A DNA stretch of 64,000 nucleotides from Mobula birostris. Lineage: Eukaryota. The notes under the pieces were generated by a model that made no database searches, was not told the DNA's origin, and saw nothing but the letters and a program-made list of their open reading frames with translations. Numbering within the stretch: the stretch's first letter is position 1; every line of letters begins with the position of its first letter. The stretch lies in NCBI RefSeq assembly GCF_030028105.1, contig NC_092375.1:182191250-182255249 (forward strand), read 5' to 3'. A program made the position numbers and the translations under genes. This document shows positions 39,181 through 52,675 of the stretch, in pieces.

Positions 39181-40269
39181 GCCTTTCTTGAATATTAGTG
39201 TACAATATCAAAACAATACAGAAATCAAAAACTAGACATATCATGGTTAATTTCCTCACTTAGCGGGCTTGAGGTTAAAGCAAACCTTCCATTTCATTTT
39301 TGACCACTGTTTATACCAGTTCATTGGTTTGAGGTGTTATGCTTACTTAGAAACACATTTTACAGCTCCTAAACATCTTCCATGAAAATATTTCAATTCT
39401 TTGCCGAATTCAAAGTTGACAACCAAAGCCTTCCTCATATTCTACTTTATTTGCCAGAGACTTGTCCACTCATCTTACCCATGTTTCTTTGAAACTAATT
39501 GCTTGTATTACCTAATGCCCTTCCATACAGAGTGTTACCTGTAAAATCCCAAGCTATTAACAAACATAGTGGAAAGCTGAGGCCAAGGGTCTCATCGTAT
39601 CCCATCTTGTCTTCCCATTATCTCCATCTCTATTCCTGGAATCCAAAACTGAGGATCCCAATTTCAAATACAAATACAAGCACTTTGCTAATTCAGTTGT
39701 ATGGATGAGATGTTTGTCTCCAAATATTACACAAGATATCTACTCTGGAAACTCTGCCAGTTCTTTTCATAACTGTAATACAGACAACAATAGGTACATT
39801 AGAAATTCTGCTTTTGGAAAAATTGATCTTGTCTGTTTTATTCTGAATTAACTAAGCCCCATGTGACTTGATTTAGGACATTACTAAGGAGGGTCCTTGT
39901 GGTGCTTGAACCTAATTTGCACCATATTAATTCCACAAGCTAAATAAGCGATGCTGGAATTACAACCAACATTTCAATCACCCACAGCAGGAAAACTGGC
40001 TCAAAGTGCCAACTCCCAAATTCACAGTGGATAACTTCAATATTTCATTCTGACTTTTAACTAATTAAGAAAGACGCTTACTACTTATTACATTAACTAT
40101 TGTGCCTATGATTGAAATTACTGAAAAAAATTATGCATGACTTCAAACGTATCTTCATCACAAAATTGTAATATAAATCTATAGCAGTAGCAAATAGAAA
40201 TTTATTGTTATAAGGGCACAGGATAGTATTAGAAATAGGATACAGACTAACCCACGTTTAAAATTAATT

Positions 40270-40617
40270 TCTCTACAGCTCAGGAGGGGGCCATTTGGCC
40301 AATCAAGTCCACGCCAGCTCTCAACACAGTAATCCTAGTCCTGATATTCTTCCCTTTAGTTCCCTGTAATCCAACAATGATTCTCTCTCCCCCAAGGCCA
40401 CCAACTGCAATTTTCCCCATAAAGTAGTAATTTCTAAGAACCAATTAATCTACTAGCTCATTTTGGTGATGTGGATGGCCTTGGGGACTAACCTGGACTA
40501 GGAGAAGCCTGCACAACCATAAGCAGAATATACAAAGTTGACACAAGAAGCAACGAGTCTGGGACTAAACCTAGCTCCTTGAGATGGTTAAATACTGACT
40601 GCCACATCATCACACCA
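40270..40617 (-). mobile_element. V-SINE (HE1-like) remnant
   Basis: Reverse-complement head and V-domain remnants with a CR1-like tail. Confidence 0.5.
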
Positions 40618-40815
40618 GAAGTTTATTTTGTGCTTTCCATCTTAGATGCTATTGAATTTTAGACAGTTAAGCTATTACTTCTATTCAGATAGGTTCAATA
40701 TTTCAAACTAGTGTTGGTATGTGCATTCATTTCATTAAAATTCCTGTCACAAACATGAGTAGAGATTAATTCCACGCATTGTAGATAAAAAAGAAAGAAA
40801 ACTTCTTTATCCTAC

Positions 40816-41046
40816 CATCTTTGCGATAGTATATGACATTGACTTTCCTTTCTTCTGAGCCTAGCAGAGCCTGAGCAATCTGGGCAATAGCATTCCGCTT
40901 GCTTTCTGGGCCATGCAGAAAATCACATGTACATGGCTTCTGCATGATATCTGGCCTTGAGAAGCCCGTCATTTCACAAAATCCATCATTGCAGTAAATA
41001 ATTGCACAGTTCTGTACCCTTGCGTTCGCAATGATGAATTTTCTAT
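40816..41046 (-). CDS. KCNH7: KCNH7 exon 2, PAS domain
   Basis: Polypyrimidine tract plus cacag acceptor, 231 nt, gtagga donor. Translates (N)[76 protein letters not shown](G). Phase joins exon 1 (A|AT = Asn). [16 protein letters not shown] and QKP match ERG3 rather than ERG1. Confidence 0.96.
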
Positions 41047-41306
41047 CTGTGAAGAAAGAAGAGATAAAAAAAAAACAAATTAAGGGAGCTATAATACACT
41101 AGTGTTGCTACTCCTCTTGGCTAATGATTAGCAAACTGTCATCAGTTACAAGTAACATTAACAATAGGCCACACCACAAGGATTTTACAAGAGGTCTTTA
41201 TTGCTTGCAAATTTTATTAAATCCTTAAAATAACAGTAGAAAAAATACATTTTATACTTAACAGATATTCACTATCAATGAAGATAAATGAAATCAAATT
41301 TCAGTA

Positions 41307-42113
41307 CAGTAGATTCCAGTTAATTGGGACACATTAGGACCAGTACATTTTGGCCCAATTAAGTGGCTGTCTCAAATAGTCAAAATTTCATGGAAATAGC
41401 TAAAAACATTAAAAAAAAGACAAACTACTGCTTAACTGAGTAATTGATTATGTAATTAAATGAAATGTAGAACAAATTAGAACACCAACAGTACTATAAA
41501 ACTGCAGTTCCCAATTGGAGGAATTCATCCAATGTATGCTGTCCTAGTCTTTTGATTGACTGTAAATGAACAAAACCAGCGCAAACAGCTAGTGCAGATA
41601 ATGGACTGCCTTCTTACATTGCTTTCAATGATTGTATACTCTAAATCTTAGTTTTCATAGTAACATTCAAGATTATATTCCATACCTTCAAATTCTTTGT
41701 AATTCTTAACACTGAAGTAGGGAAATAGTTTTATTTTCACTCAAGACCATTTCTGGCATCTCCAAGCCTGAAGATTTGAAACTGCAATGAGCAAATCAGT
41801 TCTGAAATGTCTTACTGTTTATTTCTTGTCAACTATCAGTGGCAAAAATCACTGCCTTTTGAAGGCAAAGACATGCAACTGACACTATTTTAAAACTGTT
41901 CACTCTAAGTACTATGTAGTGTACCACAAGTGCAGTGTGAACTGACGCCACTTAGAAACTTCGACAATAGTTTCCTGTCTTGCTACGGTGCCTGGTGTCC
42001 CAAATAAATTAAGAGAATCACAGCTATTTTCAAATAGTTTTTGTTCTTTAAGGGTTGTCCCAAATAAGCAGCTGTCCTGATTAACTGAAGGCCCAATTAA
42101 TCAGAATTCATTG
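41307..42113. mobile_element. pogo/Tigger-like non-autonomous DNA transposon
   Basis: TA|CAGTAGATTCCAGTTAATTGGG ... CCCAATTAATCAGAATTCATTG|TA with subterminal repeats. Confidence 0.8.
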
Positions 42114-42974
42114 TATATGTTATACTTATTTTAATATTCACAATAGTGGATTTTAAAGTGAGTACATCAACTGCAAAGTAAAAGCCATTTGAAAACATTC
42201 CATGTGTTTTGTCACTGTTCAGTAACGCATGGGATAATAAACTGAGGAATGGGAGATAATTCTTCTGTGCAGTCATTGATGGCAAATTTGAAAGGTAGGG
42301 TGCATCTAGAGTATTCCATTCCAAGCTAGGACTAAAATATATCTCTGATCTATTATAAATGCAACATTTGTAACTGAACAGATTATAAAGTTGGAACAAA
42401 TATACAAACAATTTAAAAGCTGAAAGCCACCTCAATTATCTAGTTAGAATAATTTACAAATACATGTTTACTTAAAATGCCATTCATTTCAAATATTGCT
42501 GCAGCTTTCTTATGTGAAAGTATGCTGCAGATTTATAAGAGTAAGCTTTCTCTGTGCACTTTTCACATTATATTGACGATGTCCTGACATGTAATTATGT
42601 AATTGGAAGCATAAAGGAGAATATAGTTCTTCATGCTTAAATAATGTTATTTGTACTTGGTGGCAACTGGACGAGCTATTATCATGAAGTGGATTTTTTG
42701 AAAATGAAAAAAAGTTTGTTACAAATCCATCCCTACAAACCTACCATTCCTACACACATTACAACAATAGGAAGAATAAGATACAGGTACATGTACAAGT
42801 TGTGCCGAATGCCATCTGGGAGTAATGATGGCCCTCACAAAGTTTTACAACTTGATGTGATTATAAATTCTTTGTTATCACAGTTGGTCTCATTTGAACT
42901 TTCACCCTAAACATGATCAGGCTGCATCAATGAACACTGGTAATTATATTTGGAACTAGATATTTATTGAAATA

Positions 42975-44266
42975 AGCACCAACAATAATGAAGTGCTTTG
43001 TTTGGCTGGTTTTGAATCACATTAAATCCCATCTTCCTCCTATATTGGACCCCTTCCAAATCACTTGTCACTCAAATCAGTTGATAGATGGAGCCATAGC
43101 CTCTGCACTCCACTCTATCCTGTCCCACCTGGAAAATAGACCCTCATATGGCATGATGCTGTTTATTTATTTCAGCTCAGCATTTAATATGATGGTAGAT
43201 CTGAAGCTGGTGGGTAAACTGTCCTTCTTCAGTCTCAACAACTCTCTTTGTGAATAGAACCTGGACTTCTTAACAAAAAGGCCACCATCACTCCATGTTG
43301 GAAGAAACATCTCTAGCTCCAGCACACTGAGCACTGGTGCTCCCCAGAGCTGCATGCTCACCCAGCTGGGGTTTACAACACTGATGCATGACTGCTTTGC
43401 TAGATCCAGTTCAAACAGAATTATCAAATTCACTGATGACAACAGTGGTTGGCCTCATCAACAACAACGAGATGGTGTACGGAGATGAGGTAAAGCAGCT
43501 GGTAGAATGCTGCAAACACAACAACTTGAGTCTTAACATGGACAAGAACGGAGGTGATTGTGAACTTAAGGAAGCTGCAAGCTAACCCTTCCTCACTGTA
43601 CATATACAGCTCCTTCGTGGAGAGAGCTAGATGCTCCAGGTATCTGGAAGTGCTCGCAATGGATGATCTCACCTGATCCTTCAACACCTCTTTAGCCAAA
43701 AAAAAGCACAGCAGTGTCTCCACTTCCTGAGGAGATCGAGGTGAGTGAGGCTCCCCCCATTCTAACCAATGTCTACAGGTGTAACATCGAAGTGTCCTAA
43801 CCAGCTGCATCACTATCTGTTACAGGAATTGGAAGGCATCTGGCTGCAAATCCTGGAAAAGTTTGAGAGGCCTGTCGAGGTGATCATCGGGACTCCTCTT
43901 CCACCCACCATTTATCAGGAGCACGGCATATGCAAGGCCCTTAGCAATGTCGGTGATGCCTCCTATCTGACAATTGCTTTGACACGATCATCAGCAAGGA
44001 TGTACTGTAGCATTAGGACATTAACTACTAGGATGGAAAACAGCTTTCCCCCAGCCAGGCAAATAGACTACTGAACTCACTGCCACCACCCAGGTCTCCA
44101 CACTTAAGCGTCAGCAGTGTTATAGTATTTATTTTTTAAACTTGTAACATATATGCAATTTATTGTGTTAATATTATCATATGTGTTGTGCACCATGGTC
44201 TGGAGGAACATTGTCTTGTTTGGCAGAATACATGTGTACAGTTAAATGACAATAAACTTAAAGTTG
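42975..44266 (+). mobile_element. Rex-Babar-like LINE, degenerate
   Basis: MKCF..LVL.HIK, LDPFQ, FSSAFN, GAPQ and IIKF.DD motifs; aataaacttaaagttgaa tail. Confidence 0.85.
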
Positions 44267-44467
44267 AATATAACTGATTTGATGAAAATTCCTTTCAAAA
44301 GACAAGGATTATCCTTACTTTCTTCCTTGTAGGAAACTAGCAGCTGCTTTGGTTTTGGTACATTGACTGGTGGGATAATTTATTGTAGCCATATCCTCTG
44401 ATGATTGGGTCAAGCTCCACTAGAAAAATCTGCCAAGTTAATCAAAGCTAAAACATCAGCTTCTTAC

Positions 44468-45088
44468 TCCCTACGAGGCCCTCCTTAGGTCAAAGTCAAC
44501 CACAAATGTTGCATCCTAGCTGTGTAGCCAGTACGCAAGCCAGGGCTCTAGGAAATGGAGAGCAAACTGTTGCCCATGCAGTAGGCTCCCCCACTTCACA
44601 CAGCTGATGAATCCAAAGGACTGGCAGAGACTGATAGAGTTTGGCACCAGTGGCATCTCAGCAGCTGCCAGTCAGCATTGAACCTCAACATAGGACTCGC
44701 TTAGGGACCCAAGCTCCAGATCTTTCCTTGGAGTTTACTCCCAAAGCCTTCCCTCGTGAGTGGGTGGAGGCCACGAGATCAGAGTTTTCCCTCTCCTAGA
44801 TGAACTGCCAACCACAACTGACAAGCCCCAAATGCCCAAAGCAACTGGTTTTAAGGTACCAGTAACCCACCCTTGCCACATCTCCTGTCAGTAGAAAAGG
44901 TTTTGCTGGGCTTTGTAGCTAAGCCACACATGAAGGCCAGGAGCTAGGCTTGGTTGTCAGAGGCTATTTGAGGTGTATTATTAAATGCTTGTAATATATG
45001 CAGTGGAAGCTTATACCCACTACAACCTCCTCCCCCCCCCCCCACCAACCGCATCCCCCCAGCTATGACAAAATTATGAAACCCAACA
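44468..45088 (-). mobile_element. Non-coding RTE/RTEX-derived non-autonomous element
   Basis: RTE-5'UTR-like ggcagttcatctaggagagggaaaactctgatc; shares the cactggtgccaa...gcatgggcaac block with SINE B; possible TSD tcttact. Confidence 0.6.
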
Positions 45089-45089
45089 T

Positions 45090-45390
45090 CTTACTGCACA
45101 GTTGGAAATCTTAGATTTGAGATGAGACTTCAAACTCAGGGAACTAAGGGTGCCCATTCAGGTGAACCTCACGGACACTAATCTATTATTTAAAGAGGAA
45201 TCAAAAAGATTTCTCTCTCTTTTGGCAAATATTTGTCACCTAAGTTACACCACCAAAAATTGATTCATTCTGATTGCTGCCAGTGGGACCATCCAATTAC
45301 AAAATGGATCTTGAATTTGTGTACAATAGTTTTGAATGCTATCAATGTTCAACGAAAGGCCTTGATTGTTCAAAACTGCCTGTATATCTT
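45090..45390 (+). mobile_element. Ancient Deu-domain SINE remnant
   Basis: gatgagacttcaaactcagg...tcaggtgaac...tatttaaagagga...tggcaaatattt...attgctgccagtggga parallels the Deu domain as recalled. Confidence 0.5.
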
Positions 45391-45964
45391 ATTATTTGAT
45401 TCAGTGGAAGACATGCCTGAAAAAGAGGAATGAATAATATTATAAATGTACTGTACACCGTCTTTGTTAGTAACATTGTGAAGAAAATATCTTAATGCAT
45501 AGGAGCTAATTTGTGGTTGTAAGAATATACCCATGTTCCAGTTGACCCAGGGCAAAACTTCATCTCTAGTTTTGATTATCAAGATTACTCACTGAGCTCA
45601 TGAATTCCAAACGTTTGAACTACTTAAATATGACTATGCATCTACACCATGACATTTGTATTTTTTTTCTTTATACTATCTAATGTCATCCCACACAATG
45701 TTTGATGTTTGTAGTAACAGTTTCAGCCAGGATAAGCCCAGCAAGTTTACGAATTTAGCACACAGAAAAATACTCATTGGGTATCCGTTATGAGCATAAT
45801 CTACAAATTTGTTCATTTACTTGCTACGTGTCAAATTTTACCTTAGATGTGCTGAAGCAGAACAGAAATATCAATTACATCATGAATCTTAACATTTGAA
45901 CTGCTGTGTATGTGACAATGAACTTTGTACTGAAGTCTGATTAAGGGCCACACCAACCACCACA

Positions 45965-46560
45965 AATGGGACTTCCTAGTGGCCAAACATTTCAATTCCG
46001 ATTCCCACCCTTGTTCCACAAGATGATCCATGGCCTCATCTTGGCACAAGAGGAGGCCACCCGGATGGTGGAGGAGCCGCACCTTAAATTCCATCTGGGT
46101 ACAGTACCCTCAACCCTGATGGCATGAGTATTCATTTCTCCTTCCAGGGAATAAATTTCAGCCCCCTTCCCTTCTCTATTTCCCACTCTGACCTCTTACT
46201 TCTTCTCACCTGCCTATTACTTCCCCCTGGGTCCCCTCCTCCTCTTTCTTCAATTGTCCACTCTCCACTTCTTTCAGATTCTTTCTTCTTTGCCCCTCAA
46301 CTTTTCCCACCCACCTGGCTTCACCCATCAACTTCTGGCTCGCCTCTGTACCCTCCCCCTACCCTTTCATTCCGGCGCCTTCCATTTCCGTCTCAGTCCT
46401 AAAGAAGGATCTCGGTCGACTGTTTACTCTTCTCCATAGATACTACCTGACCAGTTGAGTTCCTCCAACACTTTGTGTGCGCTATTGACTTCAACTGGTA
46501 ACTTTGTTTCCTACTCTGTGGGCACTGCATTTACTGAGCACTTCCTGTTTTTATTTGAGA
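45965..46560 (+). mobile_element. Penelope-like 3' region (GIY-YIG C-terminus + decayed hammerhead module)
   Basis: VAKHFNS...HGLI...RMVEEPHLKFHLG...PDGMSI, then pyrimidine-rich UTR and cagtcctaaagaaggatctcggtcgactg. Confidence 0.8.
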
Positions 46561-46759
46561 TTTTCAATGGTCATAACATTTTACCTCAGTAAATTTTAAA
46601 ATAAAATTATGAAGAAAATTGTCAGGGAAATGGACAAGGTGCATTGTTAATTGAGGAGAAGTATTGCATCTGTTTTGAATATTTTCAGCTAAGCTTCTCT
46701 AATGTTATCTCATGAAAACTTGTAATTTTTAAATCTCGGTTTGATCATTTTTGACGGAG

Positions 46760-47900
46760 CAAGCACAGAATAGGTCCATCATATCCATGCTGACCTTACT
46801 GCCCAGCTACACCAATTCTACTTGCCCACACTAACCCATATTCTTCTATGCCTTGCCTATTAAAGTGTCCATCTAAATGTCCTTTAAACAGACTGATTGT
46901 ACCAGGCAATTACCTCATATAGTAGTGAGTTCTAGATACTCTCTGTAAAGAAAGTTACCCTCAAACCTCTTTGAAACTCCTACCTCTCAACTTAAACCTA
47001 TGCTTTATTTATTTTTGATTCCCTAACCATGGAGATAAGATTTTGATTATCTACCTCATCAATGCCACTTATAATTTTACACACCTCCGATTTCCACCCC
47101 TATAGAGACGAGTCTCAAGGCTGTATAATGTATACACACATTGATAATAAATGTACTTTGAACTTTGATAAGTGAAGACCTGTAGTCCAGGCACTGTCCT
47201 GGTGAAACTCCTCTGCACTCTCCCCAACGCAACAACAGCATTTCTATAGTGTGGCAACCAGAACACTCCCAAGCAAAGTCTAACCACTGCTTTGTAATGT
47301 TGAAATGTAACACCCTATATTCCATGCTCTTATCACACAAGGACAGGCATGCAATATGCCTTCTTCACCATCCTATTTGTTTGTGTTGACTTTGCATGGA
47401 ACTATGGATTTGAGTCAAATGTCTCTGTTCATCAACAGTGCTCAGAGCCTCATCATATACTGAATATGAACCTAACTATATACTGGATATGGCCTACATC
47501 TATCTGACTTCCCAAAATACATAACCTCACACTTGTTAGGATTAAACTCCATCTGCCAATGCTCTACTCAAATTTCCACCTGACCTATATTCAGTTGTAG
47601 CCTTTGTAATCTTCCTCACTATTCACAAAACCCCAATAATGTTTGTGTCGTCTGCACACTAACGGACCATACCTCCGAGATTCACATTCTAGTCGTTATG
47701 GTACATTCTGAGCAACAAGGATCCCAGCACCAATTCCTGTGGTATACCACTTAAGACTTCTCATCCTTTAACCACTAACCTCTGCATCTATCACCAAGCC
47801 ATTTGTGGATACAATTAGCTAACTATCCTTGAATCCCATGTGTTGAAACAGGCTCCATTACCTTTACAAAAAACTCAAATTTGTGAGACAGGTTTTGCCC
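46760..47900 (-). mobile_element. Old CR1 fragment
   Basis: VRLCLG..W.PHYR, VQRSFTR and ADDT motifs. Confidence 0.7.
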
Positions 47901-49034
47901 AAGTGGTATTGGACTTAAGGTTCCTATACCTCTATCGTGATGGCAGCAGTGAGAAGGGAACATGATCTAGATGGTGGGGGGCCCTCGATGATGAATGCTG
48001 TTTTCTTGTAGGAGTGCTCCTTGTAGATGTGATCAATAGTTGGAAGGATTTTTCCTGTGGTGGTCTGGGCTGTATCCACCACCTCTCAAAGTGGTTGACC
48101 ATCGACCCTTACACCATCTGCCCAGTTTCATTTCCCAAGATAAAATCAAGTATTGTCCTGCCTCTTGCAGTTCACATAGTCTTAAGTATTTCTGGAATGA
48201 ATTTAACAAAATTTCACCCTTTCTCAGCCCCTTCTACTAAGGTAATATAATTAATAGAGAAAATTAAAAATCCTAACTAAAACAACCCTATTGCACTTAA
48301 GTTCTGTTGATTTGTTATCCATTTCTCTAGTTCCTGCTGAATATTGGCAGCCCGATTATATAACGCCAACAAAATGATTGCCTCTTTCTTATTCCTAAGT
48401 CTTATTCATATGGCTTCATTGGATGATCTCTTCAGGATGTTCTCTAAAAAGTGTGTAATGCTGTTCCTGAACAATAGTGTGAATTACTCTATTGTAATTA
48501 CTTTATTGTATTCCCGTCACACCTGAAAATTCTATATCCTGGAATGTAAACCGCCAGTCCTGCCTTTCCCTCAATCAAATTTCTGTGATATAATGATGTC
48601 ATAATTCCAAATGCTGATGGACGACCTAAACTCATCTGACTTGTGTGTGGAACTCTTATCTATTAGCATTGATGCCGTTAAGCCTTTTCATTCCTCTAAC
48701 CTGCCTGTCTCCTATTCCCAGTGAACTGTCTGAATTACTTTCTACTTTTTTCTTCACCATTGTATAGTGATAATGTTTCTTTTCTACCTGCTAAATTAGT
48801 GTAAAACCTTTGAGTAGCATAATCAAAATTCCATGCAAGGATATTGATCCCCTTCCAGTTCAGGTGTAACCTGTCCTCCTTCCATGCATTACACCTACCC
48901 CACAAGTAATGCCAAAGATCCACACATTAAAGCCCTTCTTATATTTAAAGTTATAGAGATATGGAAGGCCCTTGCATGCAGCTAACAACCTGAGTGTATA
49001 TCAATTACTCAAATTGAAATATGTGCAATATCTA

Positions 49035-50452
49035 ACTAATTCCAGAGGACTGGAAAATTGCAAATGTTACTCCACTCTTGAAGGGAGAGAGGCAGGATAA
49101 AGGAAATAATAGGCCAGTTAATCTGTCCTCGGTAATTGGGAAGATATTGGGGTTGATTGTTAAGGATGTGGTTTCGGGGTACTTGGAGGCACACAATAAA
49201 ATAGGTTGAAGCGTGTATGGTTCCTTAAGGGAAAACTTTGCCTAACAAATCTGTTGAAATACTTAGAAGAAATAAGCAAAATAGAAAAAGGAGGATCGGT
49301 GGATGTTGTGTACTTGGATTTTCAGAAGACCTTGACAAGGCGCCACACATGAGATTGCTTAACAAAATTAGAGCCCATGGTATTACGGGAAATATACTAG
49401 CATGGATAGAGTATTGGATGATTGGCAGGATACAAGGAGCGGGAATAAAGGAATCCTTTTCTGATTGGCTGCTGGTGACTAGTGGTGTTTTACAGGGGTC
49501 TGTGTTCAGGCCATTTCTTTTTACGTTATATGTCAATGGATGATGGAATGATGGCTTTATGGCAAAGTTTGTGGATGATACAATGATAAGTGGAGGGGCA
49601 GGTAGTGTTGAGGAAGCAAAGAGGCTACAGAAGAACTTGGACAGAGTAGGAGAATGGGCAAAAAATGGCAAATGGAATACAGTTTCAGGAAGTGTATAGT
49701 CTAAATTTTCTAAATGCTGAGAAAATTTGAGATGCAAAGGGTCTTCAGAGTCCTCATGCAGGATTTCCTAAAAGTTGATTTGCAGTTTGAATTTGTGGTG
49801 AAGAAGGCAAGTGCAATGTTAGCATTCATTTCGAGGGGACTAGAATATAAAAACAAGGATATAATGTTGAGGTTAAATAAGGCACTAGTGAGGCCTCACT
49901 AGGAGTACTATGAGCAGTTTGGGCCCCTTATAGAAGAAATCATGTGCTGACATTGGAAGGGTTCAATGGAGGTGAACAAAAATTATTCCAGGACTGAAAA
50001 CCTCATCATATAGGGAGTATTTGATGGGTTTGGGCCTGTACTCAATGGAATTCAAAAGAATGGTGGGGGGGGGGGGGTGGAATCTCATTAAAGCCTACTG
50101 AACATTGGAAGGCCTCAATAGAGCAGACATTTCTTATAGTAGGGGAGTACAAGACCAGAGGACAATTACTCAAAATAGAAGGATTTTAATTTAGAATAGA
50201 GGTGAGGAAGAATATCTTTAGCCAGAGAGTGGTGAATCTGTGGAATGCATGGACACAGGCAGCCTTGGAGGCCAAGTCATCGAGTATATTTAAGGAAGAT
50301 GTTGCTAGATTCTTGATTAGTCGGGGCAAGAAGAGATACAGGGAGAAGGCATGAGATTGGGGCTGAAAAGTAAATGGATCAGCTATAATGAAATGGTAGA
50401 GCAGACTTGATGGGTCAACTAGCCTAATTCTACTTATACATCTTATGATCTT
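49035..50452 (+). mobile_element. CR1 LINE ORF2 remnant with tail
   Basis: WKIANVTPL, NRPVNL, SGVLQGSV, KFVDDT and ALVRPH motifs; tcttatgatctta tail. Confidence 0.85.
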
Positions 50453-50705
50453 AATACTGATTTGTGGAAAGGAATCACCTTCTCTGCATTATCATTAATT
50501 CTATTGCTGTGCTGTGTTTCACTGGGTAGTGTGCTATGTCAGTTGCTGGATCAGCAGGAAAAACATGATTATGCTATTTCAGTCATGCAGATATGACAGC
50601 TAACTGACTTAATGACAACTGAGGATGTAGTGAAGAGTTTCAGGCACCATAGAAAACAGGAACTGAAGGTAAGATTGCAATATACTCCATAAAATGAGTC
50701 TACAA

Positions 50706-50780
50706 CAAGCTTTCCCAAACTGGGATCCACTGACCCCTTGCTCAGTAGTACTAATCCATGGCATAAGGTAGGGAACCCTG
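50706..50780. mobile_element. hAT MITE copy
   Basis: Perfect 8-bp TSD gtctacaa on both sides. Confidence 0.8.
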
Positions 50781-52500
50781 GTCTACAACATTGACAGTGA
50801 CCAAGCATTAACAACTTTTTCAAGCCACGTAGCATTGTACACTCCTTTGAGAGTAACATTTTCAAGTAGCAAAACTTCCTGCCTAGCTGAATACAATAAG
50901 CACTGAACTGTCGGAACCCAGGAGATCCAACTGCTGTGCACCTGTTGGTGACTGGGAAGCCAGCCAACCATGTCATGTGAGAAGGGACAAAGAGCTCATG
51001 TGCTTTTTCACAGCCCAAGTTAAACTTCATAATGCACTGAAAAAGCAAAATGACTGAGCATTTGTTCAAAACAACACAGATGAAATTCGCTTGCACAATA
51101 GACTGGTTTGATAATGGGGCTTCAACATAATTTAGTTGTACAGGCCCCTTTAGAACAGTCTCTTTCAAAATGCTAGGATGGATTCTCCTACAGCTGAAGC
51201 TGTTGACAGCAATCAGCAATGGACTTGTTCAGAAACAGCCATGGTTGCCAAATATGAGAAACAGAAGGGGGAAATCAGCTGAAGTTTTTAAACAAATGTT
51301 ATGAGATTTAATTTAGTATCTAACAATGCTGTAATTTAGTAGAACTGTTTGGTGCTGAAATAAGGAAAATTCTCCTATGCTTAGTAATAACACCTCTTTA
51401 ATGATCTTGAATATTTAACACCTTCAACATCAATTTTAGAAGACTTTTAGATGAACAATGTAACACAGTAATGAACAGGGCAGATGTCTGCCTACAGGCG
51501 ACTTGTGCTATTCCTCGTTTTACCCTGACAGATAGGTTAACATGAAAACTGAGTCAACTTTCTTGTAATGTTTATGAAGTTGACATCATAAGGTTCAGAT
51601 GTTGAAGCTCTTGCATGCTTTCATAAGTATTGGCAAAGATATCATAATAATGCCAAAAAATATTGGAAGTACTCAACAAATCAGCCAATAGTAGTGGTGA
51701 GAAATAGGATAAACATTTCAGGCTGATGCCCTTTCTTCTAGAAGGAAGAACTGTGTTCCCTGTTTGTTCACAGAAAATATAATGAACCTGAGTTTACATT
51801 CAAAGAACTTGCATTTAGTATAGGTCAATGATTCTGGAAGTCATCTTATCTCATATAGGCAAAGATTATGTGGGAAATTTTATACTCCTCATCCATATTC
51901 TTAGTCATGGACCAACATTGCCAAACCTTTAACTATCATAAAGAGAAGATACATATTACTTCTGTTTAGCTGGGCTAGTTGTAACCTTGGGAACAAATCC
52001 TGGATGTAAATCCACTGTATCACTTAATTTACTTGGTGAAAAAATGGTACAACTTTGTTTATAACTAAAGTGTCATTAGAGAAAAAAAAATCCTCCTGTT
52101 TTATATAGAAGCACATGGCATAATAGTCTTCACTTGTCAGGGAGTACCGTTTGCTAATGCTCAGTTTGTATTTATACTCTTTCAAATTAGAGTTTATTCC
52201 TGGAAACTGGTTGGTTTCGTCGTCTGGTGGGACTGATGCTAAATTATATAAACGATACAGAGACGTAGCGACTTACGTTGGATTTCCAAAACAATAGTGA
52301 TATGGCCGATTATTATTTGAATTTTGTAAAGAAAGCCAAACATAAAAATAAAGCTATATTGACAATACTACCCCGCCTTTACAATAATCTTTGTATTTTC
52401 TCAAACACCGAAAGATTAATTGCCGAAGGACGCAAAACCTGCCGCCACACATTCAGATTAATTGGACCTTGAAATTTTGCAGAAAGTATGTTTATTTTTA

Positions 52501-52653
<153 letters not shown>

Positions 52654-52675
52654 TCAGCCACTCTGCCTCCCTTTG

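Larger units (their letters stand above)
1..40815 (-). other. KCNH7: KCNH7 intron 2 (partial, >40.8 kb)
   Basis: Starts at the exon 2 donor. No exon 3-like sequence (IPVKN...FIINFE) was recognised by eye in the window. Confidence 0.75.

Noticed and set aside
40766-40815. ORF-track extension [15 protein letters not shown] after YRKDG
   Set aside because: Read-through past the splice donor into intron 2.
50569-51219. 216-aa minus-strand ORF in intron 1
   Set aside because: Non-ATG start, runs through a hAT MITE, and has no recognisable domain; likely a chance frame.
51343-51360. Additional RE1-like sites (also ~13365, ~22256, ~52870)
   Set aside because: Only the left half-site or a partial match; no GGACAG half.
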